Source: Octopus sinensis
Lineage: Eukaryota
NCBI RefSeq assembly: GCF_006345805.1
Contig: NC_043001.1
Location: 53,258,001 to 53,322,000 of the forward strand
Length of the DNA: 64,000 nucleotides
Direction: 5' to 3'
Part shown: in pieces, positions 37,640 to 50,205 of the stretch
Layout of the letters: the number at the start of each line of letters is the position of its first letter
Position numbering within the stretch: position 1 is the stretch's first letter
Made by a program: the position numbers and the translations under genes
The notes under the pieces: generated by a model
Database searches by the model: none
Seen by the model: only the letters and a program-made list of their open reading frames with translations
Told to the model about the DNA's origin: nothing

Positions 37640-40600
37640 CTTTATTATTTATATTTTTCTAAATTTCATTTTTAGTTTACCTTTATTTTTTACTTACTTG
37701 AATTATAACTTTGCAAATACACTCTCATGCACGCACCGACACACATACACACAAAGACACATATACACATACGCAATATGCAAGATATAACTTTTAAACT
37801 TCTTTCGTTTCTGATTTGAGTCCCTTCAAGAGATATATAACTTTCGTTTTATAAAAGAAAAACATGAATAGATTATGCCCTATACAGTTTAAAATGTTAG
37901 CCAATTCTTAACATTGGATTTAACCAAGATGCTTCGAACTACGAATTACTTAGGGACTACAATTGAAACATACGTCGATTCAGTGGTTATTAGTTTCTTT
38001 TGTACCTTTTACAATTTATTTATGTTTAAATTATAACTTCCAACTGTGATACAAATAAATTAAATCTATATCCCAACTCTCCGTTTTCTTACGTTATTTG
38101 TAATATTTATTATGATAATCCCAAACATGTGGTGATTTTTCTAATATGCAGGAGATTAAACCAGTAAACTTTTGGATTTATTAATCCCGAAGGAGGACGT
38201 GACATCCGGGAAATGATTGAAAATTATATATTAAAATTAAGAATAATGACAGAATACGCTATAGACTATAGGACAGAATCTTTTATTTCATTAAGACCAG
38301 GAATATCTTTAACGAACCTCAAACATAATTTTGAAACAGACCCTAAAGATAGATTCATTTGCCCAGCTAAATCAGACGTGGACAAATGGAGTAAATTTAT
38401 TATGGACAAACAGATTGATGAACTGAATAATTAGATTAAATTGGAACTATTATCAAATACACAAGATGCAGTTAGAGGTTCTACAAAATTTATAACAAAG
38501 ATAAATACAAATTCTTGCAGGTAGACATAAAAGATTATTACTTATCTGTTAACACAACAGTTCTTAATAGTGCACTTATATTTGCTAAGAATAATACAAC
38601 AATGACTCTGAGAGAAATAAAAGTTATATTAACAGCCCGAAAATCAATAATAAATTTTGATAATAAATTATGGGTGAGAAAAGACAAACTTGATTCTTTC
38701 GATATCGCTATGAGCTCGACAGATTCCGCTCCGGCGACGGATCTTGTGGTAATATACATTTTACATAAGTTAAACTTTGAATTTCCAAGCATAGGGAGTG
38801 ATTTATATAGGGATGATGTACTGTGTATCATTAAAAGATCCCCTAAGAGAAAAGTTGAGTTATATAAAACAAATATTACATCAGTTCTTCATTGGATTTG
38901 GACTACATATTTCAATAGAAAAGGTGCATAATGATGTACGTTTTAGACGTAAATTTTAATTTAATAACAGCAATACATACACCTTACCATAAACCGAATT
39001 CTAAAATAACTTATATTAATATTAAAACTAATCATTCAAAGTCAATTACGAGTGGTTTGGTTAAAAATATAAAAAGAGAATTAATTACCTTTTATATAAT
39101 GAGGAGAATTTTGAGGAAAATAAAGGCTTGTACAACATTGCATTGGAAAAAGCAGAATATAAACAGAAAATTAAATATAATGGACATATTGTTAATAATG
39201 TTATTATAGATCAAGAGTTGGAACATATAATAATATAAAGAAACCTGAGATAACGGCTAGGATTAAAAATAAATAATATAATTAAAGAAGAAACAGATAA
39301 CAGTATACACAGTAGAAATATAGTGAATAATAATAACCTAAATTAAAACAGAGTAATAAACATAGATAAAACAGGCCAAAATACTAATATATATCCATAT
39401 AAAGATAATAAAGACGTAAACCTAGATATATTACACATTAAACCCAATGAAAGAAACACAAATTAGGAGAGAAATAGGAATTATATAAATAACGTTTTTA
39501 TTGACCAGATTGGCAATTTGAAATCATTAGATAATAATGAGAAAAGAAATGGTAATTACTATACAAAAACGAATAAAATTTTTAAGTATATATACCAAAG
39601 TAAACACAGGGAATTACTACACTAATAATGAAGTAAATGATAATATTATTTGGCTACCCCTGCCTTGACTGATAAACAAACATTTTACTTCTAATAAATA
39701 CAGTGACATTATTAATAATAAATATATAAGATTTGCATTTTCAGTAACGGAGAATTTATTTAGATAGATATCTTCAAATAATAATGCAAAATTAAGTTAT
39801 TTTTACGAGAATAATAAAATTAATATTTCTTCAAGAAGCAGCATAAATGATACATTCGGCGGGAGTAAATGTGAAAATTATACATTGAGAATTATAGTTT
39901 ATTCCTAAGATAATCTGAATAGATTCTGCGATTATAAAGGTTAAAGAAAATACAAATTAAATAATTATTGCAAACGGACGTATGGTGTCGTGGTTAAGAG
40001 CACAGGCTACTAACCCCAAGATTCCGAGTTCGATTCCAGGCAGTAACCAGAATAATAATAATAATAATAATAATAACAACAACAACAACATACCTTAAGA
40101 ATGAGAAATTTCCCCCAAGACACCAGATGTAGGCTGGAGGGCATATCAGCCGAAAAGTTGTGTTAACAACAAACAAGGTTAGGACAAATATCCGTCAAAT
40201 GTAAATAATGGAAATAATGTACATAATTCCTCATCTCTTAAATATAGAACTGTATTTTAAACATTTAATAAATATATGTAAGATTAATTTATTTTATTTC
40301 ATTTTATCGTGTTGCATTACAAAATAGACGGAGTTTATCAGTTTAGTAGTATAAACTTTAATATTTATAAAAATTAATTAGTGATTATTATTAAATTTGT
40401 AATAAAATATTTGATCGAATTTACAGAATTATAAGATACTTCGTTCTTTTTTCTTTAAATAAACATACCTCACTGACGTAATTCACATAATACATATCTG
40501 GAAGAAACATAATATGCAATCTCCCCGTATATGAGGAAGTGATATATAAGTTATGGATTCTAAGTTTCTTTTCTATTGCCTTATAAAATGTAGATCATTA

Positions 40601-41430
40601 TTTTATCTTTATTTTATTCTTTTTATTCCCTTCTTTTACTTGTTTTGAATTGATCTAGAATTATATACAACTATATATAACCTAAGTATATTTTACAAGA
40701 GGTTTACACAAAAATATATATAGAGAGAGGGAAATACATCTAATTGTATAGAAATCTATATGTGTCGATATATTAACTTGATAGATATATCCCTTAACGG
40801 CTAGATATAAACGATTTAATATTGATTTGATATGATTCGACCCCCACGAAAACATGGATACTTACTTGGGTCTATTAGTAAGCCAATAGAAATTATACAG
40901 TTACAACGGTTTATTTATAATTCTTTATTTTGTATCTATTTTTAAAAAAATAATTTTAATTTTCATTACGTTTTTATTTCCCTTAGAAATATATCATTAT
41001 TTTTTTTAAATTTATATATTTTGAAATTTATTTTTTATATTTATTCATTTTAATTACTTGAACTATAACCTTTGTAAATACACACAATATTCAAGATATA
41101 ACTTTTTAAACTTTCATACTTTTTTATTTTAGTCCCTTCAAGAAACAGGTAACCGCCGTTTTATAAAAGCCAAGCAAAAAAAAAAAACCCTGAGGGGTTT
41201 CTACATCTCACAGTTTAAAATGATAACCTATTCTTAACATTGGAATTTACATAAATGCTTCAAAATATGCAAATGTTCCAGAATCGACACATATGTAGTT
41301 TTTGCTTTTCTTTTTAGTGTCTTTGGCACTTTAAAAAAATTATTTGCATTTAAATTTTAGCTTCAAACTCTGATACAAATAACTTATCGATACATCCCCA
41401 ACGCTCCATTTTCTTACCTTAGTAATAATA
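37640..41430 (+). mobile_element. Decayed Penelope-like element bracketed by diverged direct repeats (37640-38110 and 40990-41430)
   Basis: RT pieces HNFETDPKDRFICPAKSD, DIKDYYLSV, LTARKSII..WV, FDIAMSSTDSA, SDLYRDD, YHKPNSKITYIN..NH; both repeats share AAGATATAACTTTTAAACTT..AGTCCCTTCAAGA..CAGTTTAAAATG..TTCTTAACATTGGA..GATACAAATAA. Confidence 0.8.
39976..40258 (+). ncRNA. tRNA-derived Pol III-type unit: A/B boxes, (AAT)n, hammerhead relic, T4
   Basis: A box TGGTGTCGTGG 39983-39993; B box GAGTTCGATTCC 40026-40037; hammerhead GACAC-CAGATGT-A-GGCTG-GAGGGCATAT-CAGCC-GAAA-AGTT-GTGTT 40119-40164; first TTTT at 40255. Confidence 0.7.
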
Positions 41431-41438
41431 CTTATATA

Positions 41439-41633
41439 CAGGATGATTCAAAATTCTCCATTTATCAACAACAGATATGCTATTACGAGTTTATAATGAG
41501 TGGGGTAAACGTATTGCAATGTGTATTCAAAACAACTGAAACTATATACAGCCTGTTAAATAAAAAAACCGTTCTTATAAACTGTTTCTTATTAAAAAAT
41601 TGTCCCTATGTATGGCACTTTTGAATCACCCTG
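41439..41633 (+). mobile_element. Tc1/mariner MITE (deletion derivative)
   Basis: TA|CAGGATGATTCAAAA ... TTTTGAATCACCCTG|TA; internal LLRVYNEWGKRIAMCIQNN resembles a transposase C-terminus. Confidence 0.85.
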
Positions 41634-41662
41634 TATATACATATGTGTGTGTGTGTATGTAT

Positions 41663-41716
<54 letters not shown>

Positions 41717-41790
41717 GCATATACATGAATATATTTTCAAATGCATATATATATATATCTATAATTAAAAGGATCACTCCTTCGGTTACG

Positions 41791-42261
41791 ACGTCATATT
41801 CCTATTTCTCTTTATCTACCCTTTAAAGAGGCTTAGAAATTATAACACACACGAGCACACACACATATATAGACACGTTGCACCAATCCACTCAGCTGGC
41901 AAAAATGGGTAGTACTTGCATTTCAAAGGGCCAGCCTTGTCACACTCAGTCTCACGCTGAATCTCTCTGAGAAATACGTTGAGGGAACACGTGTAGCTAT
42001 AATCAACGGAACAGTTTGCTCGTTAAATTAACGTGCATGTGGCCGAACACTCCACAGACACGTGTTCCCTCAACGTATTTCTCAGAGAGATTCAGCGTGA
42101 GACTGAGTGTGACAAGGCTGGCCCTTTGAAATGCAAGTACTACCCATTTTTGCCAGCTGAGTGGATTGGTGCAACGTGTCTATATATGTGTGTGTGCTCG
42201 TGTGTGTTATAATTTCTAAGCCTCTTTAAAGGGTAGATAAAGAGAAATAGGAATATGACGT
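41791..42261. repeat. Perfect 204-bp inverted duplication (41791-41994 and 42058-42261, 63-nt spacer)
   Basis: The arms are exact reverse complements on reading through, and include SINE body plus unique flank. Confidence 0.95.
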
Positions 42262-42667
42262 ACAAATCTGCATCCATAAGCCTTCAAATAGGGGAGGTCA
42301 TCAACTTCCCCTTGTTGGCATGGCCTTCATAGACCGGTTTTAATATGGAGTAACCAGTCCAGTAAGGATCGTTGTTGACCATCTCTTAGATGGTTTTATT
42401 TATATAAATTCACTGATTTTCAAAAATAGAAATGTTTTCATTTCTAAATCTTTCTAAAGGAGAGATACAGCAGCAGTACTGGGTATTAATATTTCTAGCC
42501 AAACTAACGTAGCAGTCCAGATCAATAGGAGGAATGCTGCTGTTGATTAGGTCCGAGAAGAATGAGAATGCAATAGTAGATAAATAGAGGATTATTTATA
42601 TATGTTATAATTTAGAATAAATAATAAAAAGTTGTCAGTATAGTGCTCGGAGATTCGAATGTGTGTG

Positions 42668-43052
42668 TAGGCGCAGGAGTGGTTGAGTGGTAAGAAACTT
42701 GCTTCTCAACCAGCTGCTTCGGGGTTCATTCTCATTGCGTGTCACCTTCGTTTCTACTATAGCTTCGAAACGACAAAGCGTTGTGCGTCGATTTGGTAGA
42801 TGGAAACTGAAAGAAGCTCTTCGTATATATATCGATATATGCATTTGTGTGTCTGTGTGTATCTCCCGCCCCCCAACATTGCTTTGACAACAGATCTTGG
42901 TGTGTATATGTTCCCGTAACTTAACATTTCTGCAACAGAGACCGATAGAATAAGTACTAGGCTTACAAAGAATAAGTCCTGGTATTGATTAGTGCGACTA
43001 AAAGCGGTGCTCCAGCATGGCCACATTCAAACGACTGAAGCAAGTAAAAGAG
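42668..43052 (+). mobile_element. tRNA-derived SINE (same family as 33705)
   Basis: GGCGCAGGAGTGGTTGAGTGGTAAGAAACTTGCTTC head; GACCGATAGAATAAGTACT...GGTGCTCCAGCATGGCC tail. Confidence 0.82.
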
Positions 43053-43206
43053 TCTATGTATGCGTATGTTTGATACATGTCTATGAATGCCTATCCATGA
43101 CCATGTTTACATTTAAGCATATGGATATATACATGCATACATATATACATAAATATATGTATGTATAGATATATCTTTGATCTCAGAACTATATATATAA
43201 ATATAT

Positions 43207-43420
43207 ATTATGCGGAGAAAATCCCTGGAGAAGGACATCATGCTCGGAATGGTCAGTGGCAAGAGAGGAAGAGGCCGACCAAGAACCCGCTGGTTTGACA
43301 CCATCAAGAGTGATACCGGAATGGACATAGCCAATCTGAAAGAAGCGGCCCAGAATAGAACTGACTGGAGGACACTGATCCAACGAGTGACCGAGAGTCG
43401 ACCTTGACTGAACGGATATA
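43207..43420 (+). mobile_element. RTE (BovB-like) LINE extreme 3' fragment
   Basis: KSLEKDIMLGMVSGKRGRGRPRTRWFDTIK...NRTDWRTLIQRVTESR followed by (TA)n. Confidence 0.88.
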
Positions 43421-44689
43421 TATATATATATATATATAAAACAGGGTTTCTGTCTTTATGTGTCTAAGTGTGGTGCTTATGTTCCTTATGGATTAAAAAA
43501 ACAATGCTGCTGATTTTGTCGTATGAAGTATCAAAAGATTCAGTAATGTTTCGTCTACCAAATGTATGATTTTTTGCACCACAACTCTCTTTTCCTACAA
43601 TAAGCTTCAAAATAGTTTTGTAGCAAGCTTATTTACTACAATAAACTTGAAAACGATGCCGGTTCGCACAATTGGAAGTCATTTTCGAGCAATATTTAGA
43701 TTTGCTTCCAATCTACGTTGTCAATTTTAAGGTTTTTGGTGTCAAAAAAGCAGGTATGTTCAAGACTGTTATGAATTTATTTGTGGTACACAAAACGCTA
43801 TTTGTCAATGGGAAATAACTAAAAAAGACATACTGTTTTGTAGTCATTTCTGGCACATTTTCCGTCAATAATGCGAACGTCTTCAATATTCCATGATTAA
43901 ACAATGTCTTTGAAGTATTGTGCTTTCATTTCATTTCAAAAAGCTCTATTTTTCAACAGAAGATTGACTAATGAATCATGATTTTGGCATAATTGTGATC
44001 GCTTCCATGTAGATATTCTTGGTAGCAAATGACTCAGGAATGCCAAACGAGCGTTCTCGGGTTTAAATTCAATAAAACCTCCCCAAGGATTAAGCGCAGA
44101 AATAGCATATAATCAGTGAGGTAAAAACATGAAATAATGAGTAAAACCTTTCGCGATTTTGCCTTTAACGTTTTCCTCTTTATTCAATCAAATTCATGGA
44201 GAGTTGTTTACGGTTATTAGCATAGATTCATGCATATTATTCACACCATAAGACGCAAAGTTCGTACGGATTTTGCTACAGTCTTCCTATTTTTCACAGT
44301 GGTTACTCATGTACTATAACGCGGATGGTGAGATGAAAAACAAATGTCTGACTTGATAACTTCAGTGAAGACAGCAGCAACAGTGCACATCAATACGAAG
44401 TCAAATTAAGGACACGTACACATATGAGTGTCCCTTCATTGGTCAGAATACAAACTGTGTTCACTGATTGGTACAATTTCAAATCAATGTTTCCTTATCA
44501 GAGACGTGTAGTGCAATACCAGTTGGTTGTATTGTTATTGCTATCAACGACACCGACAACGCCATAGTGCATTCTGTGTGGAGCGAACGTCCGGCTTGAA
44601 CTAAAAGACTGAGTATATATAAACACATAATACAATGTGGATGTAGGTCATAACGCTTTGGTAACACCGGGCTGCATTTGCTATTCATT

Positions 44690-44845
44690 TGACTGCGGCC
44701 ACGCTGGAGCACTGTTTTTAGTCGAGGATATCGACCCCCAGGACTTATAAGCCTAGTAATTATTCGGTATCTTTTGCCGAATCTTTAAGTTGCGGGGACG
44801 TAAACACACCAACATCGGTTGTCAAGCGATGGTGGGGCACGCACA
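44690..44845 (-). mobile_element. SINE 3' fragment (33705 family)
   Basis: Reverse complement of GGTGTGTTTACGTCCCCG..ACTT...CTAAAAACAGTGCTCCAGCGTGGCCGCAGTC. Confidence 0.7.
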
Positions 44846-45934
44846 CAAAGATACACAAATATACACATATACACATATGTATGTATGTAGAGATGTGTGT
44901 ATATTCGCTGTACACGCGAAAACGGCTTCACCAATTGCTCCCATACTTGTGATGCATGAATAATTTACCTTCGGGCACATGTTAGGTTCTTCATTTGATG
45001 TTTTATTAGAAATAGATAATATTGCTTTTTTATATATAATTCACTTCTATAAAAAGGATTCTCAATATCAACTTCCGGTATTGACGTAGCAACGGCAAAA
45101 TTTTCCGTTTTCGTTTGAAAAGGTTCACTCTATATTTTGATGTTTTAAGTTAAAGTTTTAATTCACAATTTGCAAACATCTACGATAGATTACTGACGGA
45201 AATAGTTACAAAGTTCACAAATTTAAGCATTCGATACAAGAGCTTTTATCTATACGAAATTTTCACTTTATGTTTAATTCATTCATTGATCACAATATTC
45301 TCTCTCACACACACAAACAGACACTATCACCCGCACACGTGTGTTTATGAATGTTTGTGCACGTGTGCGTGAGAGAGAGAGAGAGAGAGAGAAAGAGAGT
45401 CAAGTTGCGTGTTGTCATGTACATGCACATACATAAATACATATGTATATATCGTTTTGTATATGTGTGCGTGTGTGAGAGAGAGAGGGACAGAGAGGGG
45501 GAGAGAGACAGTGAGAGTGGTTTCTAAGTGACATTCACTCTCTTTCTCTCTTTCTTTCACACACACACGCACACATACATACAACAAAGATGTATGCATA
45601 TTTATTTATTTATGTACGTATACATGACAAAACACCCCTTCCCTCTCTCACACGTCTATTTCATCTGATGTTTAATACTCATTGCGTGCGTGGGTGCGTG
45701 GCTCCGTGGGGTGTTCTACAATCGCACTTTATTTTAATTATGCTTTTGAAGATATTCATGTAACTTACTTTTTCATTTAATCTCCATTTACATTTTCGAA
45801 AACTTTTTCCGGGAACGATGTTCTCACTGTCTACAAGAGGAGTCGGGATAGATGCAGATGATCAGTATTCTACAGGGAGGCAAAGATGAGTAGAGGTAGC
45901 CAGATTCAATGTCGAATTCTGAAACACTGTTAAC

Positions 45935-46910
45935 TTTATTAAGTACGTTTGAAAATATATAAACAAAGGCTTAGATGCGGCAATATACACTCTTGTCCAG
46001 AATGGCAGTCAACAGATAAATGAAAATGACGAAGATGCACAGTATGACAGGAAGATGCATTAGCACTAATGAAGCTATTTGGTGTATCTTCAATTTTCCC
46101 ATTCATGAAAGGCACCCAGCCATCATTCATCTGAGTGTCCATTTAGAGAATGGTCACAGGGTAACCTTTACAAAAGAAAGAGCCTTGCAACAAGCAATTT
46201 CTCCAAAAGAAACTACCCTTACTGCCATTTTGAAGCCGTGTTAAGTAGATGAAGATACAAGCAAACTCCTTTACCCACAATCACCCTAGTACTACACTTG
46301 GAGAAACAATAAATGGTACAACAGGAAATGTGGGGGCTGATGCTCTGGCAAGAGTTTACAGTGTCTAACAGGGCCAAGCAGAATGTTACTACTTACGCCT
46401 CCTTTTGAATAAAGTTCGTTGTCCCAAATCATTCCAAGATTCAAGGAGGATAGATGGTCATGTGTGCGAAACGTATAGGGAAATATGCTATCAACAAGGT
46501 ATTTTGTAGAAAATTATGACCATTGGAACCTTGCATTGACTGAAGCATTGACTGAAAATCCAAAAGATATTGAACATGTGTCAACTCGGCAGTCTCCTGC
46601 AGCTTTGGATGAAACATCGTGAGGACATGGATGAGGGCTTAAAGTATGTAGTTCAACGGGCAAAACTTGGTATCAATATTCAGTTCCTTAGAACAAATTT
46701 TAACGAAGCACTCATTGAAACAGAAGATTAAATTTTGGCCATGGGAGGTAAAAATTTGCAAGAGTCTGGTTGCCGACTGCCAAAAACTAATCGTCAAATT
46801 AATTATTTAACTTCAAGAGAAATAGTAAGAGACACAAATTATGACGTCACAGAGTTGGATGCATTTGGGAATGAACATGAACATAAACTTTTTCCAACAG
46901 CGTGCATATG
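45935..46910 (+). mobile_element. Helitron RepHel internal fragment, decayed
   Basis: GRCISTNEAIWCIFNFPIHERHPAIIHLSVHLENGHRVTFT...PKETTLTA; ECYYLRLLLNKVRCPKSFQD..TYREIC. Confidence 0.92.
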
Positions 46911-46976
46911 ATAAAATTTTCATATCCTCTTTTTTTGTATTATGAATTCAGAATTGATTTCCCAATTGAAGAATAC

Positions 46977-47021
<45 letters not shown>

Positions 47022-47027
47022 AGCAGG

Positions 47028-48055
47028 CAACAGATTGTTTGGCAGCATACCGAAAAAATTAGAAATGGCAGTCATAGACTGTTTATTTCTATTTTCTACA
47101 AATGGGACTCCACATACGACATATCCCTGTAAATCGCATATGCAAAACAGAAGGAATAAATAACGAAAACAAAGTCTAATGGTCATTTGCGAAGATGTTT
47201 CTAGATTAGAAATATAATTTCATATCTTTCATCAGCACAACTCTCCATAAAAATAGATTTATCAAATGCTGCGTACCTCAGCCTTCTGACCATACGACAT
47301 CAAAAGAGTGGAAGAAAGCGAACATAGGCTAAACCTAAATAGACAGTTGAATTCGCAAATTTTCCCTCCAGAATATTACCATGCGCATTACAAAAATATG
47401 GGTTGTCGTAAGGGGCTGAAAATTCCAATTAGTAATATAATAATAAGAGTAAATAATTTCTTTAATGGTTTTTAAAAAACCTACAATTATTTACTGGTAG
47501 ATTTCGGCATGTAAATATAACCATTAACGGTAGGAACGTTTGTAAGTTCATTATATATATATTGTATAAAAATAAAAGGGGCAGGCAACAGGTTGCTTGG
47601 CCGCATACCGAAAAAATTAGAAATGGCAACCATAAACTGTTTATTTCTATTTTCTACAAATGGGACTCCACATACGACATATCCATGTAATACACCTATG
47701 CAAAACAGAAGGAATAAATAACGAAAACAAAGTCTAATGATCATGTGCGAACATGTTTCTAGATTAGAAATATAATTTCATATCTTTCATCAGCACAACT
47801 CTCCATAAAAATAGATTTATGAAATGCTACGTACCTCATCCTTTTGACCAGGCGACATAAAAAGAGTGGAAGAAAGCGAACATAGGCTAAACCTAAATAG
47901 ACAGTTTTTTTATTTATATACAATATATATATACTGAACTTTACAAAAGTTCCTACCGTTAATGGTTATATTTACATGCCGAAATCTACCAGTAAATAAT
48001 TGTTGGTTTTTTTAAAAACCATTAAAGAAAGTATTTACTCTTATTATTATTATTA
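47028..48055. repeat. Direct repeat pair (47028-47348, 47577-47905); the second copy is flanked by inverted repeats (about 47433-47577 and 47906-48055)
   Basis: GCAGGCAACAG..GGCTAAACCTAAATAGACAG occurs twice; ACTGGTAGATTTCGGCATGTAAATATAACCATTAACGGTAGGAAC appears in both orientations. Confidence 0.9.
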
Positions 48056-48106
48056 TATATATATATGAATTATTTATATATATACATATATATATATATA
48101 TATGAA

Positions 48107-48159
<53 letters not shown>

Positions 48160-48457
48160 TTATTTATATATATATATATATTGATTTATTTTTTCTGCTG
48201 AATTATTTACTTCGTATTGAAATAATTTCACACTGGTGGCTGCCATGATTTCGGCACAAAACTAATCAGTTGAGAGTCTTTATCATGGTAACGCGTGCAG
48301 AGGAAGCTAAGACTATTTTTACCAGTACAGAAACCGGTCCACATGAGTTCAAATACTTGAAGGAGCATTGAGAGTTTGTCTTAGTCCGTTTGCCTTCGGA
48401 CGGTTGATTTCCGTAGGTATCAGTGTATTGTGGCGATTTAAATAAGAGTTGTGACTG

Positions 48458-48525
<68 letters not shown>

Positions 48526-48749
48526 CATAAATATAGTATACTTAGAAATATATTTGATCTCAGATCTATATATATATATGTGTATATTACTCTATATACA
48601 CGTGTGTTGTGCTGTATATGAATGTCTGTTTGTTTATTCATCTTTAAATCTGCTCCCCTCCAAATTGAATGGCATAAGCAGGTTATCTCTTTGTATTCAA
48701 AAAAGTTGGATATTTGTTTCAAAGCGTAATTAATAAGAGAATCGCGAGA

Positions 48750-48812
48750 ATCACCCGGTCCAGGAAGCGATCATGAGGCCAACACCCTAACCTCATCGCC
48801 ACATGCCCTCAT
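48750..48812 (-). mobile_element. Truncated tRNA-like SINE head
   Basis: Minus strand GGGCATGTGGCGATGAGGTTAGGGTGTTGGCCTCATGATCG..TTCCTGGACCGGG. Confidence 0.55.
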
Positions 48813-49519
48813 AGATCACTCTTCGTTTCATCGTCTCTTTCCTATTTCTATACACATTTTACTCTCACATTTTCTTGCTTTTTTTTCTCATGATTTTACA
48901 GTATACTCTTTCCCTTTCGACACATCTGTAACACATTTTGCCATGTATCCAATTATATGCCTTTGCTCTATGCTAACATAATGTAATAACGTCTGTCCCT
49001 GATGAGCCATTGTGGATCTGCATAGAGATGCAGCGTGAACACCATTGTAGATGATTCAAATAGCCAAATTGGCAAGATACGAATAGGGAGTAAATGATTT
49101 AAACTGTCTCTTGTAATTACCATAATTTTCCCACCAGTAATACTGGTAGTACCACTAAGTACAGTAGTAAGTGCACCACGTGACTTGAAGTAGAGTGGAT
49201 TATTGTAAATTCAACGGCATCTGTCTAGTTACACGTGGAGGAAATACTATACGCTAACATACATATGCGCCTAAGCTCAAAAGACATACAAAGGAGGACA
49301 TTCACTCGCACACACATACACACACACACGCACACACACATATGCACGAACACACACACAAACACACACACACACACATATATATATATATCTTTAAGTT
49401 TCACACTTTGCTTGTTTCAGTTATTGGACGACATGTGTGTGTATGTATGTATATATGGGTGTATATGTGAGTGTGTTGTATGTAGGTACGTATATATATG
49501 TATATATATATATATATAT

Positions 49520-49560
<41 letters not shown>

Positions 49561-50082
49561 ACGTATGCATATATATGCATACAGAGAGAGAGAGACACAC
49601 GCACAGACACAGGCACACAGACAGACAGACATAGTCAGCCAGGCAGACAGACACAGATAAACAGATAGGTCTATATATATATAGACTGCTGTTGGCATTT
49701 TGCTGTTATTCCTTTGTTGAGAACAATATCATAGAGTAACTAATTAGAAATAAATTTGCGATATTTGATTAAATTACTTAGCAATAATTTAAAAGAAAAT
49801 GAAGTATTTTCCCTCTATTAAATAAATACTGAAAAAACATTTCCTCTACATTTGTTTGTTGGTTGTTACAAAGATATTTTGTTGAAGCAAATATTGAATA
49901 TGAAAAGAATATGCTCCAAAGTGTAAGTCCTCAATACAGAAAAACAACTGAAAATATTACTCTTAATGTCCATGTAAACAGACAGACATTACATGCATTC
50001 ATATATAGAGTAAAACAAACGAAAAACAAATATACTTAAGTATTAAGGGAATTCATACTTACAGTGCATGTCATCATACGTT

Positions 50083-50205
50083 ATTCTGCCGAGGTCGACT
50101 TTGCCTTTAAACCTTTCGGGGACGAGAAATTAAGTACCCGTGAAACACAGGCGCCGTTGTAATCGATTCATCCCCTCTCCAAAAAAGGGTGCCGTTGTGG
50201 AACAA
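50083..50205 (+). mobile_element. SINE fragment (1371 family)
   Basis: CTGCCGAGGTCGACTTTGCCTTTAAACCTTTCGGGG..AAATTAAGTACC. Confidence 0.75.

Noticed and set aside
39976-40048. Functional tRNA gene
   Set aside because: A/B boxes are present, but the acceptor and anticodon stems do not fold and it runs into an (AAT)n tail.
48985-49060. CCTGATGAGCC plus a CTGCAT/ATGCAG hairpin as a hammerhead
   Set aside because: No GAAA in register and stems I/III are unconvincing; at most a very old relic.
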